DNA of 64,000 bases, from positions 8,010 through 72,009 of the forward strand of contig NMRA01000398.1 of assembly GCA_002633005.1 (NCBI GenBank), in the 5' to 3' direction. The position numbers and the translations under genes were made by a program. Shown in pieces: positions 12,789-26,200 of this stretch (positions within the stretch are counted from its first letter, which is position 1; the number at the start of each line of letters is the position of its first letter). The DNA is from Phoronis australis. Its lineage: Eukaryota > Animalia > Phoronida. The notes below the pieces were generated by a model that saw only the letters and a program-made list of their open reading frames with translations, searched no databases and was not told the origin of the DNA.

Positions 12789-14390
12789 AAACCAACAAGA
12801 TAAAAGCTACAAGTTCTTTAAGCCTTTTAAAGGCGAAGCCCCAAACACTGCGATTTTTGGCTCATGTTTTAGAGGAGAGTCCTTAAGTTATTTACTGCGG
12901 CAAGTCACTGTACTTTATTACGCATGACAAAGGAACGAACCAAATAAAATTCAAGTATTGCGTCAACGGGACGTATCGTCGCAGCTATCTAGATTTTATT
13001 CCATCTCGACCTTGAATAGCGCTGCTAGGGTCTTAAAAATTAAATACTGGTTTACATTACTGACAGATATTCAAGTCTTACTGGATCACTTGAGTATTGC
13101 TTTAGAATTCTATTAAGTGAATAGTCTCTTTTTCGTTTAGTCAATGCAATAAACACCATTCTGATACCTTTATTACAAAAACAAACACTATTTAAACAAC
13201 TATGCAGTTCATTATCTTCTAACAGCGAACGATCTGTTCTGAAACAGCAGTATACCGCAAGGGACAATTTGATTCCAGATGAATACACTCGAGAAGATAT
13301 TGCATATTGCTCAGCATCAGCGTGTTCCAGGTACCTGTGCATGCACATGTATCAATTTACACGCAATTGACCTTACACACTACGATGGTTAATGAGATGC
13401 AAGCGCAGAATAAAGCCAACCAATGAAAACACATAAAGTTCACACTTACGATGAGAAATCTTCACTTATGGAACGGAAACCTTATTTTCTCCAGAAATTT
13501 AGAATTCCAGCCTTCAACAATCATATTAGCGGCCGTTTTGTTAGCCTATACAGGTATGGCATTTTGTTTAAACCGACTCGCGAAAACCAAGAAGATAAAA
13601 GCTGCAAGTTCTTTAAGCCTTTTAAAGGCGAAGCCCCAAACACCGCGATTTTTGGCTCATGTTTTAGAGGAGAGTCCTTAAGTTATTTAATGCGGCAAGT
13701 CACTGCACTTTATTACGCATGACAAAGAAACGAACCAAATAAAGTTCAAGTATTGCGTCAACGGAACGCAGTTATCTAGATCATATTCCAGCTTGAAATT
13801 TACAAGTTCGTCTCGAATTTTAGTAGCGCTGCTAGGGTATCCAAAATTAAATACTGGTTTAACTTACTGACAGATATTCAAGACTTACTAGATCACTTGA
13901 GTATTGCTTTAGTATTCCTTTAAGTGAATAATCTCGTTTTCGTTTATTCAAAGCAACAAACACAATTCTGATACCTTTATTACAAAAACAAACACTCTTT
14001 AAACAACTACACTGTTCATTATCTTCTAACCACGCACGATCTGGTCTGAAACAGCAGTATACCGCAAGGGACAATTTGATTCCAGACGAATCCATTCGAG
14101 AAGATATTGCAGATTGCTCTGCATCAGCATGTTCCAGGTACCTGGGCATGCACATGTATCAGTTTACACGCAATTGACCTTACACACTACGATGGTTAAT
14201 GAGATGCAAGCGCAGAATAAAGCCAACCAATGAAAACACATAAAGTTCACACTTACGATGAGAAGTCTTCGCTTATGGAACGGAAACCACATTTCCTCCA
14301 GAAATTTAGCATTCCAGCCTTCAACAATCACATTGGCGGCCGATTTGTTAGCCCATGCAGATATGACATCTAGTTTAAACCGACTCGCGA
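12789..14390 (+). repeat. tandem duplication of an approximately 800-bp unit (2 copies)
   Basis: aaaccaa(c/g)aagataaaagct(a/g)caagttctttaagcc starts at 12789 and 13584. Both units end in gtttaaaccgactcgcga. The paired ORFs 13052-13348 and 13859-14155 reflect this duplication. Confidence 0.95.
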
Positions 14391-14874
14391 AACGCTTGTC
14401 CCTTATTCTCATGACTGCGTAGTTTTGCGTTATCTAATTTTCACTTTATAAGCTTGCACTACGGAACGCAACCCAGTTACATCGGTGTAAAAGGATTCAG
14501 TGGAACCACAATAGATCTTGAGTTACCAGCAAAAATGTACCACACTGAATCAAAATCTGTTGTTCGCTTTTTAAATCGAGAAACAATGTTTTTTAGCAAT
14601 TTGTCCGTGACCGAGTACTCTCGACAATATGCGTCAAGATTCCGAAAAGAAATTATTACGAAACGTTTTTTTGATTCGTAATTGTGAATGCATTATTCAA
14701 CTAGTTTTAAGCATTTTCGCAAACTGGTAAAAGTTATTGCAATGACGCAAAACAGATTTTGCTAAAGACACGTCACGTCTTGGCAAAAAAGTTAAGTAAC
14801 TTACATTCCTGACTTCAGCTATGTTGACAACTATAACCGGCAACGTTTGAATCCGTTGATCGTTGTGTGGCATT

Positions 14875-15310
14875 TATGTCCGGCTATTCATCAGATTGTA
14901 CTGGGTAATTATCATCGCATACATGTCCAATTGCCTGCGCTCGGCACGCATGCGGGATTGTACCAGGAGTCCCAAAATGACGGAACCGATTTCGAATAAC
15001 TCGAAAAGTTGACCATTTTTAATGCTCCACTGGCACACTAACCATGGGGTGCAAAATTTCATTCACATGACATCTGGAAACTTATTTGCACTAATTGGCA
15101 AGGGAGTCGTTACCAACTATTCAATGAGGGGAGCTGGCAGGATTAATAATTTCTTCTTTCTAACGTGTTCGCACTACAGGAACCACAAAACATCACTTCT
15201 CGATCCGCTTTAAATTTGTCAAATTTTAGAAACGTTTGCACCTGTCCAGCGTTTGCCAGACCTGACTTCACAAGGATATCACAAGGGAGGGCCCAACATT
15301 TTGACTGTAA
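14875..15310 (-). mobile_element. heavily decayed Academ-like transposase fragment
   Basis: Minus strand gives DILVKSGLANAGQVQTFLK, then MRAER/(frameshift)GNW...LP...AGH. This order resembles Academ transposase motifs as recalled (RAER.GNW...MLP.F.A.GH). Many stops. Confidence 0.35.
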
Positions 15311-15344
15311 ACATTTGCTCAAAGCACGATTGTAGATGCGCATA

Positions 15345-16240
15345 GCACCGAATGGGGGAGGTTGGGAGGGGGGTTTGCCCCCTCCCGCCGAGGAAATTTT
15401 TCTGTTTTTTCCTCTAAAAATCAAGCATTTTCCTTGATTCCGGAAGTATTATCCAAGAAAAAAGGCAAAAAAAAAAACACGGAGAAAGTGTCAAACAAGA
15501 AAAACTGCAAGTACTACAAACTCACGAGCTGGTGTTCTTTACCACTGCACCACCAATATTTAACTCCTAACTTGGTACTAAAAGACCTACTTGTTTATGG
15601 TTCACAGCGTTTGCGCGCGAAACTTCCATCTTTTGTTATGCTTATTACATGTTTAATATTTTGTGCAATCAGTTCGTAACAAATTTGTTGTATTTTAAAT
15701 AGTCTTTAATTGCCCAAAAGACCAAGTTCGTTTTTTGTGTTGGCAATAATGACGCGATTGCTGTGGAAATCGTCTTAAGTTAAGGTTTGACAGAGAGAAT
15801 TATGAGATTCTGAGTGATTCACTAAGGCTTCGATTAAACTTGACATCTTACCAGCAGCTTCTGTTTTTTCATCATCACTCAGATTCCATTTTCTTAAAAA
15901 AATAAAGTAATTTTCTTCATTGCACACTGAAGCAGACGACGAAAACGGAGTCGTAGTGCATAGCGCCCCTGCCGGTCGCCTGGGATATCGCGGGAGAGCC
16001 TATATACTTAGCCATAGTTCCGTTACGATTGAGCCGTGTTCCGAATTTGACACTTGAAATTGGATCTGAGGCCCCCCAACACTAAAACTGTACACATTTA
16101 AATCTTGTTTCAGCCATATTATTTTAATTACCGGGGTTAATTAATAAACTCATTTCCGTACGCTCTTGCTGTTTTATTTTATTTTGCGGCAGCCAAGGAG
16201 TGGGGGGGGGGGGCCTGGGCCCACCCCTAAATCCGACTAT
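15345..16240 (+). repeat. relic(s) of the same GC-rich-terminus non-autonomous element family as 654-773
   Basis: G-run block at 15345-15395 and terminus-like ggggggcctgggcccacccctaaatccgactatg at about 16205-16240. Whether these are ends of one insertion is not established. Confidence 0.35.
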
Positions 16241-16884
16241 GTTGTGGGTATACTTTAAAGGAAACCGGTAGGATAAAACATGTAGACTTAAAGACAGGGT
16301 TCATAGAGAGATGGCTAATTTGTTTAGTAATGCAATTGAAGGTTGCCATGCCAATTGGAGCAAAGTGTTTATACGCCAGGAGAGACCATTTGAAGATTTT
16401 AGCTTCGTCTGCTACGCCTCCCATACCTACAATGTACAAACTACTTTAAGAGTGTCACCCATACTTATTTGCAGACATGCTGCCTGTCTAATGTTACCCA
16501 GCACACAAACCTTACGTGAACGAATTAAGGGCCGTCACTCAGATATTCGAAATAATAGGTTACCACTATGTTCCCACAGCACACACCTTCATGTTGTTTT
16601 GAAATTATTTCTAACGTTATGAGAGACCTAATCGTCAAGTCTGTGTACAGAACTATAGATTTTAACTCTGCAAAAAGTATTCATATATTTCCTGAGATAG
16701 GGAAACCGGTATAAATTAATTAGAACAAATAATTGGAACTGGTTTCATTTCGTTACAAGTTTTCAGTATTTTAATAGCACCAAACTGAATTTCAGATCAA
16801 CTTTAGCTGCTGCGAAGCTGTCATCACCTCGCGTGTTCTCGAGTCACGAGTGTACTGTTTTCAAAACGAAGACAGAATTTTTTG

Positions 16885-17130
16885 CTACAAAAGGTGGAGA
16901 GAATTTTGCAAGAAAATTGCGTTCATGAAATTGTTCTTCTTTTAAACGGCTGCGACGGGCAAGGTGAGTGTGCATGCACCCCTGCCGGTCGCTAGCTCTA
17001 CATGTTGATACAAGTTTCATGACGAGGTGACGAGCAGAACTACCCGGGCTGTGTGAAATTTCAGGGTCTAAATGAGCTCAACACACAGTGGTATCTAGCT
17101 CTATTTTGACGATAGTCTTCACACAGCGCT
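16885..17130 (+). repeat. interspersed repeat; inverted copy at about 37345-37590
   Basis: gacgaggtgacgagcagaactacccgggctgtgtgaaatttc...tcaacacacagtg matches the reverse complement of cactgtgtgttga...gaaatttcacatagcccgggtagttctgttcgtcacctcgtc. Confidence 0.8.
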
Positions 17131-17249
17131 AATCTGACTTGGGTGAACGTAGCTGAAGGGCTTCTAGTCACTGTAGAGGCCGCAGCTCGTGAGGCTTCTT
17201 TCTTCAAAAATGCACTTCTCAGGGTTGTCAACGGGGCACTGCCGGGAAT

Positions 17250-17512
17250 CAACACTATGGTATGGCTCCTTCTTCAGGCGTTGTTTTGCAAGAACCTTAA
17301 ACACTTCTGCAAACATAACTTTTTCGTAATTCTACGGCAGAAAATGCTTTCCACACAGTCGGTAATTCTCCACTGCACTGCATGTTGCGTGGACGGGTTA
17401 CGTAATACTGTTTTCTTCACATACGGCGGAGTAAGTCGTCTGCCGGAAATCGATGTAATGGCATACCCAAAATGCACTTGAGACCAATGTGAGTACAATC
17501 GTGCAGCATGTT
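17250..17512 (-). pseudogene. frameshifted THAP zinc-finger domain relic (transposon-derived)
   Basis: Across frameshifts the minus strand gives GMPLHRFPADDLLRRM*, RLCGKHFLP and KQRLK/EGAIP, which are THAP hallmarks. A candidate TTAA-GG terminus lies at 17921-17926. Confidence 0.65.
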
Positions 17513-20242
17513 GTCTGACTTGTAAGCAAACACAAACGACGACCGAACTTATCAGAACCGAGGTAAAACAGTGACTGACTCGACAGCGACAGCTCACACG
17601 GTCAGACTATATAAAAACAAATGGCAGGAAATTCTTAACCCCCTAAACTTCACTTCCGGAATAGAGCATAACCAATTCATTAACTTACGGGAAGCCGTAA
17701 TTCACTGAAAAATGTCTGCGATAATCAACGAACCGTATTTCTACTAAAAACATGAAGAAAGGTTGTTTTCCCTTTAATTATACATGTGTCACTGCGGAGG
17801 TTCTTGCTAGTATTATTGTTGCACAACACTCCAAGTTCAGCGACACAATTAGGTGCGCCAGCACAACAGACAATGAGGAAATGCAGTTTTCACGCTATTA
17901 GCCACCGGATACCGTTCCACCCTTAAAGAGCAGCCGGTATGTTTATCGTTGCGGATATCATCCTAATTGGCAACATAATTTTTTACACGTAATACGTTGT
18001 TTCCTGTTCAAAAAGTGACAGTATGCCATCATAATATACGGCATGGGGGGGGGGGGGCAATCAATAATTTTTAGCCACGATTGAATTTGCATCTTCAGTT
18101 GAATTAGACAATGGCGCTAGCTGGTTTGTTTGGCCATTTTAAGTTCTGCCCTGCATGTAAAGGCCACAAATAGCATTTGCTTGATTTTGTGCATCTGTTC
18201 TGAGTGAAAGCTTGCCAACTATTGACTCCATGGCCCACTTTTTGCGCAGTCGTGCCATTTCCTAAACCTTTGCTAGCTATCGGGAAGTTGAAATTGAGCA
18301 GGAAATTCAGGTGCCATTCTGTGTTTGTTAAAAATCTGGCTGGTCGACACTTCTCTGGTTTTAGGAATCTGGAGAACATTTTCAGTCTGAATGCATTGTG
18401 TCTCACTTCGTAGGAAGCACATGCCAATATTGGCCTTTCCGTGAAAACTGATGATTCTCCCGAGATAGATTCAAAGATTCTACACTAACTTTTCACAAGA
18501 AATTCATTTTTGAAGCCAAACACGTTAAAAATACCAGTTTCTGCCCTTGACATGTCAATTTCAGTCAGTATTTTCTTGCCGTGATGGCATCGCTAATGCG
18601 ATAATTGAAACTCTGCAAAACTTCCGATGAATATACCTTTTTCTTGTCCCTCAACTCTCCAACACAACCCTCTATCATACGCCACTCCCTAAACCTAAGA
18701 ATGGAATTGCAAGACAGACCAAAAACCAAAAATTTCGCTTTTAGTATTAATAGAATACACTCTCAGAACCTTCCCCACCCACACACCACTGACTTAGTAT
18801 GCATTGATGGGCATAGCTTTCCAACATGGAAATACATTAATAGAAATACACAGGCACACATTTCATAAGGATTTTTGCAATCTACGTAGTTGCTCGCAAG
18901 AAGAATAGACTTGGACGTTTTGTAGCTATGCCTGCCATAACCTTGGTGAAGTGCATAACCGGTACCCATTTGGTATCAAACTGAAGCTCTCTTCAGGGTG
19001 AATCTTTTTGAAACATAAAGGCAGGACAGTTCATTTTTTGCAACCACGAATATCCCCCAAAACATAGATTCTGTCACGGGTTAGAGTTCTCGTTTCCAAT
19101 TTCCCCACCGTTGGTCAGCCGGAAGTACGCTTTCCGCGTGACTGGCTTACGTGACCTAGAAAAATCAGTTAATTATAATCCAAGTTCTTTGGGACTGCCG
19201 CATATGTTTTATTGTAACGAAATCGGACGAGTCACAGCGCAAAATATTTAATAAAACGTGACTTAAAACTTGAGTGAGAAATTTCTACTTACTCTTCCAC
19301 TTCACAATGCAGTTTTTGTCACAAAATTTAACTGTTTAGAAGCAGTGTAAGAAAATTATCTGAGCAACTGGCAAGTATAAATACATGTTCAGCGACCCTG
19401 TACTTTTGCTGAGGTGAAAAATATTAGATTCAGAAATAATGGTATTTAACGTACATTGTCAGTAGAAATTTCTGGTAAAGCCTTAATTCGGTTATCTCGA
19501 CACAGACGCCTGTCGTGATACAAGGATTTTCCATAGATAAGCCAATGGTCGAGTAAATGGGCGTTTTAGTAACACCAAATAAACGTCCGGATGTTTATTC
19601 TGGAAAGGGGGGCGTGTAATGGGAAAGTCACAGTTTTGGCTACCCAAATGCCAGCATGGACTGAATACACGTAGCCCTAGATGAAGAAGTTTCCTGACTT
19701 AAATTTTCCGAATAAATGCCCCATTATCTGGACGCTTGACACCAGAAGTTGTAACACCAAATAAACACCCATTGGCGTTTCATATGATGAGAAACCCGGG
19801 TGCGATTTCATGTAAACGGCAGTCTTATCAGACAATCAGATCGTGTATACAGGGTTTAAACTACAAGAAAACAGGTATATTAACACATTGAGCCAATGGA
19901 TGCTATAGTACCGGAGTTCAAAATGTATGCCATCGTACCTAAACTCTTTATCGTATCATCTTAGTACAGTTGTCCTTTCAAAACGAGGCATTAAACTAAA
20001 CTTGCGCTCTGACGTTCTAACTTCCGTGAGATAATTAGCGGATTAAAAAGAAAAGCCCCGTCGGACAAATAACGTATACAGAGCAATGTATTAAAATACT
20101 GAATCTAGCGTCTTTCAAGAACTAATTGAAACATGAAAATGAAATTTAAACCAACAACCTGTCTCCCAAAATACCACAACCGTAATAAACGTTCAGGGTA
20201 CACATTTGTCCGAGACTTGTGAAACCGCCTTTGAAACCACTT

Positions 20243-23200
20243 TCATTTTAGTCTGCCTTGGCATTGTTGAGTGTACTTTCGAATAAATGTATGGCAATCA
20301 ATTGGAAAGACTGGAGCGTATTTATCAGCCAGCACAACTATTTCCTGCTGAGTATGGGATTTGCCTTCTAAGTTGTCTAGAAGCTCGGTGAATTCTTGAC
20401 GGTCAAACTTCCCGTCTCCGTCTCCATCGAAGAGGACCACTACGGCTTTAATAACAGTTTCCCTGAAATGAATGAAGCGATGTCATGAAATTGAAAATAT
20501 GTTTAAAGCACGTTTAGATTAACTTTGGGCTACACTTTAAGAAGTATAACAATTCTGATGTTGCTTCTACTTGCTAGATAAATTGTTTTTCAAACGGCTT
20601 TGCGGTAAAAGTACTGCAAGTGGTATGGTACACGTTGCCCCAGACGTGAGCGAGGTTCAAAGCACCAAACACCTGAATCAATTTTCTTTTATTAATGCAC
20701 ACATTTTCACATAGGACCTATAAACATATACACAGAATAAGATAGAGTTGAGGATCTCGCGATTTGACACAAGATTCAGTGGGATTCGAACTTGCGAACT
20801 TGTGAACGAGAGGCAAATAGCCCACTAGGCCACACTGTCCCCTGATTGCACACATAATTAGTAGCGGCGTAATTGGTCGAAAATTCTTCTCATACAAATG
20901 CGTATTGACATTTTTGCATAGAGGAGGTGTTACGTGGGTAATGGATGGTGGTAGGGAATTGTTCTCTTGACGGTTATTGAACACACTTTCAGCCAACTGG
21001 TGGCAGAAATGACAGATATCTCACGAACCTCTGCTAAAATGATCAATATACGTTCTGCCAAAAGATCAATATATGTAAGCTTTTGCGAATTGTTTACTAG
21101 CCTGTTTCGACCCCTTCACGAGAACCCTGTAAGAACTTCAAATCCTTATTTTACACACTTTCTAGTTAGGTGCTGTAAGAAATCTAATCCGGTAGGATAT
21201 CCGGGTAAAAATTCATTGTTCACCACAGTTTCTGATTGAGTTAGCACAGAACTACTGTGCTGATTGACCGTTGCGTCCCCTTACTGGGCCGTACTCCAAG
21301 CTATACAAACTTCCAGAAGAACAACGGTACAAGTGGAATTGTATTTATGTCAAACACTTAACGGGATTTTTGCACAAAAAGTTTTTTGTACGTTTGCGTT
21401 GCAGCGGTGAAAAGACAAATGATGAACATTTAGATCTTCGTAACATCGTAACTGCTATGTTAACAATGAAAAACGCAATTTCTCTAATTTTTGTTTAAAT
21501 TTGAAGGAAACTCGTTCCACATGTCGGGGGGATATGAGCGTTAAACCTTACTTTCAACGATCACGGGACTAGTAAAACTTGATGTCGACTGCTTTGTCTA
21601 CTTACAATCTTTCTTTTGCTGGCAAATACATGTATGCTTTGTGCAACTCGTCGTAAGAGATCTTACCGTCACGTTTGGAGTCCATTGCGTCAAACCAACT
21701 CTGAATGCAAAAGCAGAAACGAAGGTGTTAAAATTATAGGGATTTAGAGAACTACATGCACTTTGAAATTAGGGAGACCTTCTGTAGCCTGATGCGTCAC
21801 AAGAAGCGACGCTGATTTCAGGGGCTACTCGCAAAAGGAGGACAGTAGATGCCAAAAGGAATTTTGACTCCGATCTTGAGTAAAAAGATTAGACCCCGAG
21901 CACAGATCTTGAAAATAGAGAACTTGTCAAATTACTTTCTTCCAACAATCCTGTCATTTTCAACATATGCCTAAGGTTATGCTAATAATAGTCATAACAA
22001 AGAGACGGTATTATTCGTAACACATGTTGCATAGTTGTCAGCATTAGAGAATGACAAAACGGAACATCTGGGATGGAAAGGGAGACATCCGAATAAAAAA
22101 CAGGACATCTTAGTCTGTGTTAAAATGCAAGGTAAAATGTTTACCACAACACACAATAACGTCCTGATAGCGTCTGTTGTCCAACAGGAGACTATTGTTG
22201 CCGTAACGTCCAACAGCGCCAGACAGTGATACTTTTTCCATTGGGAAATTGCGGGTGCCGCAAAAACCCACAAAACGTCCATTTTTCTTTTATGACTGAT
22301 TGCAAAGTAGGACTACCTCGCGTGGAAAATCACATAAGTATAGAATAATATGTCAATTCTGCTGTGTGTCAAAAGCGAAACATTTTGATTGTGTGGCGGG
22401 ATGGAGGAAAACTTCAAAAAAGTGCTAACAGTCAGCAAAGAGCGCTTCAGTTGCCAAGCACAATGTATGCTCCCTTTGGCAAAACACTGGAGTGGACTCT
22501 TTAACAAAGTAAAGGTTTCACCATTTAATAATATTTTAGGGCTATAGGCAAATACTGCAGATAACACCATACCCAGAAGTCGAATAAACACTATAAGTGG
22601 GCAACAGGCAAACATTGTTCAAATAAATTATTATAGAAACGATGCAAAACAAAAATAACATAATGCATTCATATATTGACACGCACCATGGAAAATAAAT
22701 ATTGGAGCTTTATGAAAGTTACATAAACATATCAGACAGTCTGTTACTAAACTTTTCATTTATAGTTGCACAGCAAAAACGCAGAACCAAAAGCCACTCC
22801 CTTCCGTCAAATTCTGTAACATGATTTCAACACACGAAAAAGTTCAGCTGAAATACCCCAAGCATGTAATTTGATAGGTTTTCGAAAGTGACTCTTAAAC
22901 TGGAGCTTGGGTCAGAGATCAGACTGATCGCCCGTTATCTGGAGCCGTACCTCAAGAGTCTCACTTGATAATTCCATTATGAACAAAAATGACAAAATGA
23001 AAATGAAGCAGTGAAATTCGTCTTGATTCAGTATCTAAAACACTCATCAAAACTCAGTCAAACGGACAACCGGGAATTCAGAAAGCAAACTTTCGCGGAT
23101 ATTAGCAAGCTCTAACTCTAGACTGCATTCCATTACTCTAGTTTTATATTAAAAGTATGCATTCCAAATGTCGGCCCCTTGTGGTCTTTGACAGATAACC

Positions 23201-26200
23201 TATAGTTGGTCCTCGCCTTGTGCTAGTGTCTTTCAATTTAGTTGAATGTGGCTACTAGACGTTACGGCGCGTTCTAGTGGTCTAGTAGGATCCAAGAAAA
23301 ATGACCAAATTTTAGAAATGGCTTATCGGATGCACACGAAACCTTCAGATACTATACTTTGTCTACTGTTATCCAAACCGCTTTAGAACTCGTTTTTATA
23401 ATGTTCTTCTTTTGCATGAAAGACAATCAAAGTGGAACTTTTCTAACAAGTTATAGTTGTCTGAAACAAAAACGAAATAATACAGTATATTTTATAAAAC
23501 TGTAACAGCGTTTGTTTTAGAAATCTCACTTTAAACATTTATATCAAATAAAATTTAACCATAATCTTGGTACCGTTGTTTTGGTATCCATGTACCTTTC
23601 ATTTGTTATTAATCGAGTCTCGTGAGCACGTCTTTCTGTAAAATTTAGCAACTAATCAAAAACAAAATTCTACAGGATTAGCACTAGCGGAAAATTTACT
23701 TCTGGTGAGCGAAAATCTATAGTTATTTTCAGATCTTAGGTTAAAAACATAGACCTGCCAATATGGTTCTACATAAACTTAAAACACAAGCAAACACGAC
23801 ATCTAGTGGTTCATTTACAGGCGTCTTGGAAAAATAGCTACAACTGGACCGACGATACCGATGTTTATTAAGCAAGAAGTTAGAATTAAATAATTCACTC
23901 GAAATGAATGCCAGTCCCCTATGGCATCAGGAGATTAAGCCAAGTTGATACTACAATGTATTTAAGCTAACGCTACTATTGGTACAACAGTAAAACGCAC
24001 TCAACACAACGAAAATGATAGAGCGATAAGGCAGTGAGAGTAGATACAGTGCATAGTGCTCACAACGTCGCGGTAACTACAGGAAACAGTTTTAACGCTG
24101 AAACGACGACGACTCCACCTTATGTGAGTGTGGCATAACGCAGCGTCACGAACACGACGCAGAGTATACGCAAATGTGCACAGCAGTGCCAAAACACGTT
24201 CCAGGATACGTCCCAAGTTTAGAGCGACGTCAACCCCACTTTTTGTGACACATCGGCCATGATGTCACGTTTTCACAGGTTGGGAAAAATGGACTTTTTC
24301 GAGAAGATTTGAAGGCCCAAAGACCAAGCGGTATAGTTTCGAGTCGAAATTCAATTAGGACTTCCCCGTTGGGTTCAGTTCTTAGAATATATAGAATCAG
24401 GATTAGAAGAACTATGGTTTGACATGCCCACGTATCGCTTTTCGCTACCCGCAGAAACTTAAGGTTAATGTTTAAAAACGCTATTATTGAAAAAATCTAG
24501 CTTGAGCATGTCAGATAGAAATTAATGACTTTTAAAAGTTGAAATGTCGGCAATCGGATACTGGTAATGTTTTTAAATGTTTGCTCCTAATTATATTGTG
24601 ACATCCCTTCTATAAACCATGTCGCAAAACACAAAAATTGAACACCGTATACTATATGGTGACTTGTATGTGTCCCTGTCGGTTAACACTGCGTTCACAT
24701 GCATTGCCAACGGCTTCCTTATCCACTTTTGGGAGAATGTTATCACGCGAACGACTTTCGAACATCTCCTTATGCGGAATTCTGTAACTACTGTAAAGCT
24801 CCAACACGACCGGGCTTATCGCTTCTATCCTGACGATAGTCTGCTTGGAAAACTGAGAGTGATCTCTAATTATCGTATATCAACCTACTGGGGTGCTGCG
24901 CACGATTACTGCTATCCTACAATGCTTTGTGCTTACGGTGTATCTCGCTATTCGTCAAAGGGACAATGGAAACAATGATGGCCTGCAGAAGCATTAGAGA
25001 AAAACTCTGTTTAATTCAGATACTGACCTGGAGTTGATCGTGATACTCCTTCTTGACTATTTTCTTGTATTCATCAACGGAAATGCCGCCGCTTCGATCA
25101 ACATCAATAACATTGAAAAAGATTCCGAGCAGCTCTTCCTGAAAATACAAATGTTAAGCTGACGTTTATGCCCGCCTCACTAAGGCAAGTCACGCGAATG
25201 TGAAAGCTGCCTCCCGTTCAGTAGCGCTAGGACCTCGCTAAAAAGCAAGACTTCGCGAGATTACGTGAGATATTGCCGTGTATTTTAAATGAGAACACGT
25301 GACTTTGACTAGGTTTTAGCTAGGTCCTAGCGTAGGTCCTAGCGTAGGTCCTAGCGTCTACTGAACGCACGCCTGGTGTACGTTCATTATAGATACACCT
25401 ATAGTTCCTCGAAAAACCACTCAAAATTAGCCTACTGAAATAAGGTGTTTTCCTAATAATCTTAAAGGAGAATGCCACTAAAAAAAACAACCTATTTTGT
25501 ATCAATTTACATCGAGTAGTTCCACTCGATAACTGCAAGATCAGTTGTTTTACCTGACACCTAACGGCAGACGGAGGTGTTGAAATTAACCAATGACGTC
25601 CGAGGTTCGAACGCAGTCAGTTCAGCTGTTCACAACACGGGTTACTGGGGTCAGCTTATCGCTTTAATCCATCGTTTAACACCAATAAATCATCAAACCT
25701 CGATGTGAAACCCGTAAAAATGCACCGAGTTCTTATACAAACGTGTTGTTTTATTTCACTGTTACGGATTTATAGGCATTTGAACGTACCTTAGCCTACA
25801 TAGTTCTGTAGGCCACTGAATTTACCATGGTCGATCGCGGGAGTTTGGGTCTGTTTGGTGATAAATTCGAATCATTCTTCCGTGAAATACATAGCTATGT
25901 GTTGTACTTTTAGGCTTGCGATTTTTTCAGTTCTAAACACACAAAACGCTTGATACTCCCCGCCAGTGGCTCGGAACCTGATTAGGCCCGTCGCTGCCGC
26001 CGGGACTGGACATCACGAACATAAACCAGCTTAAGTTGGAAACTAAACCTCCAGTCACAAAAAGACTATACTAGTGAGCCAAAGAAATAATGTGCACGTA
26101 ATTATTTGGGTGAATTAGCCACGAAACTGAAAATCTACTTACTTGTCAATGCCGCAAAGTCAGGTTTCACTTCCACAGAACCGTCAGGGCGCAAAGGATG

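Noticed and set aside
13052-14155. Two similar 98-aa ORFs suggesting a gene pair
   Set aside because: They arise from the 800-bp DNA duplication. No motif or splice structure.
15846-15875. Alternative first exon MMKKQKLL/gtaag for paralog A
   Set aside because: Phase-compatible but distant, inside TE-like DNA, and preceded by a short upstream ORF. Less well supported than 11926-11943.
18104-18427. ORF with faint transposase-like words (EWH...SKG..G, LKWP)
   Set aside because: Too weak to assign by eye; needs a profile search.
20775-20840. Possible tRNA genes here and at 38455-38530
   Set aside because: A and B boxes are present but there is no cloverleaf or acceptor stem; treated as SINE heads.
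24829-24865. Other CTGAnGA cores (about 24830, 18449, 42938, and 990 on the minus strand) as hammerheads
   Set aside because: None has a correctly placed GAAA plus helix III and a UH site.
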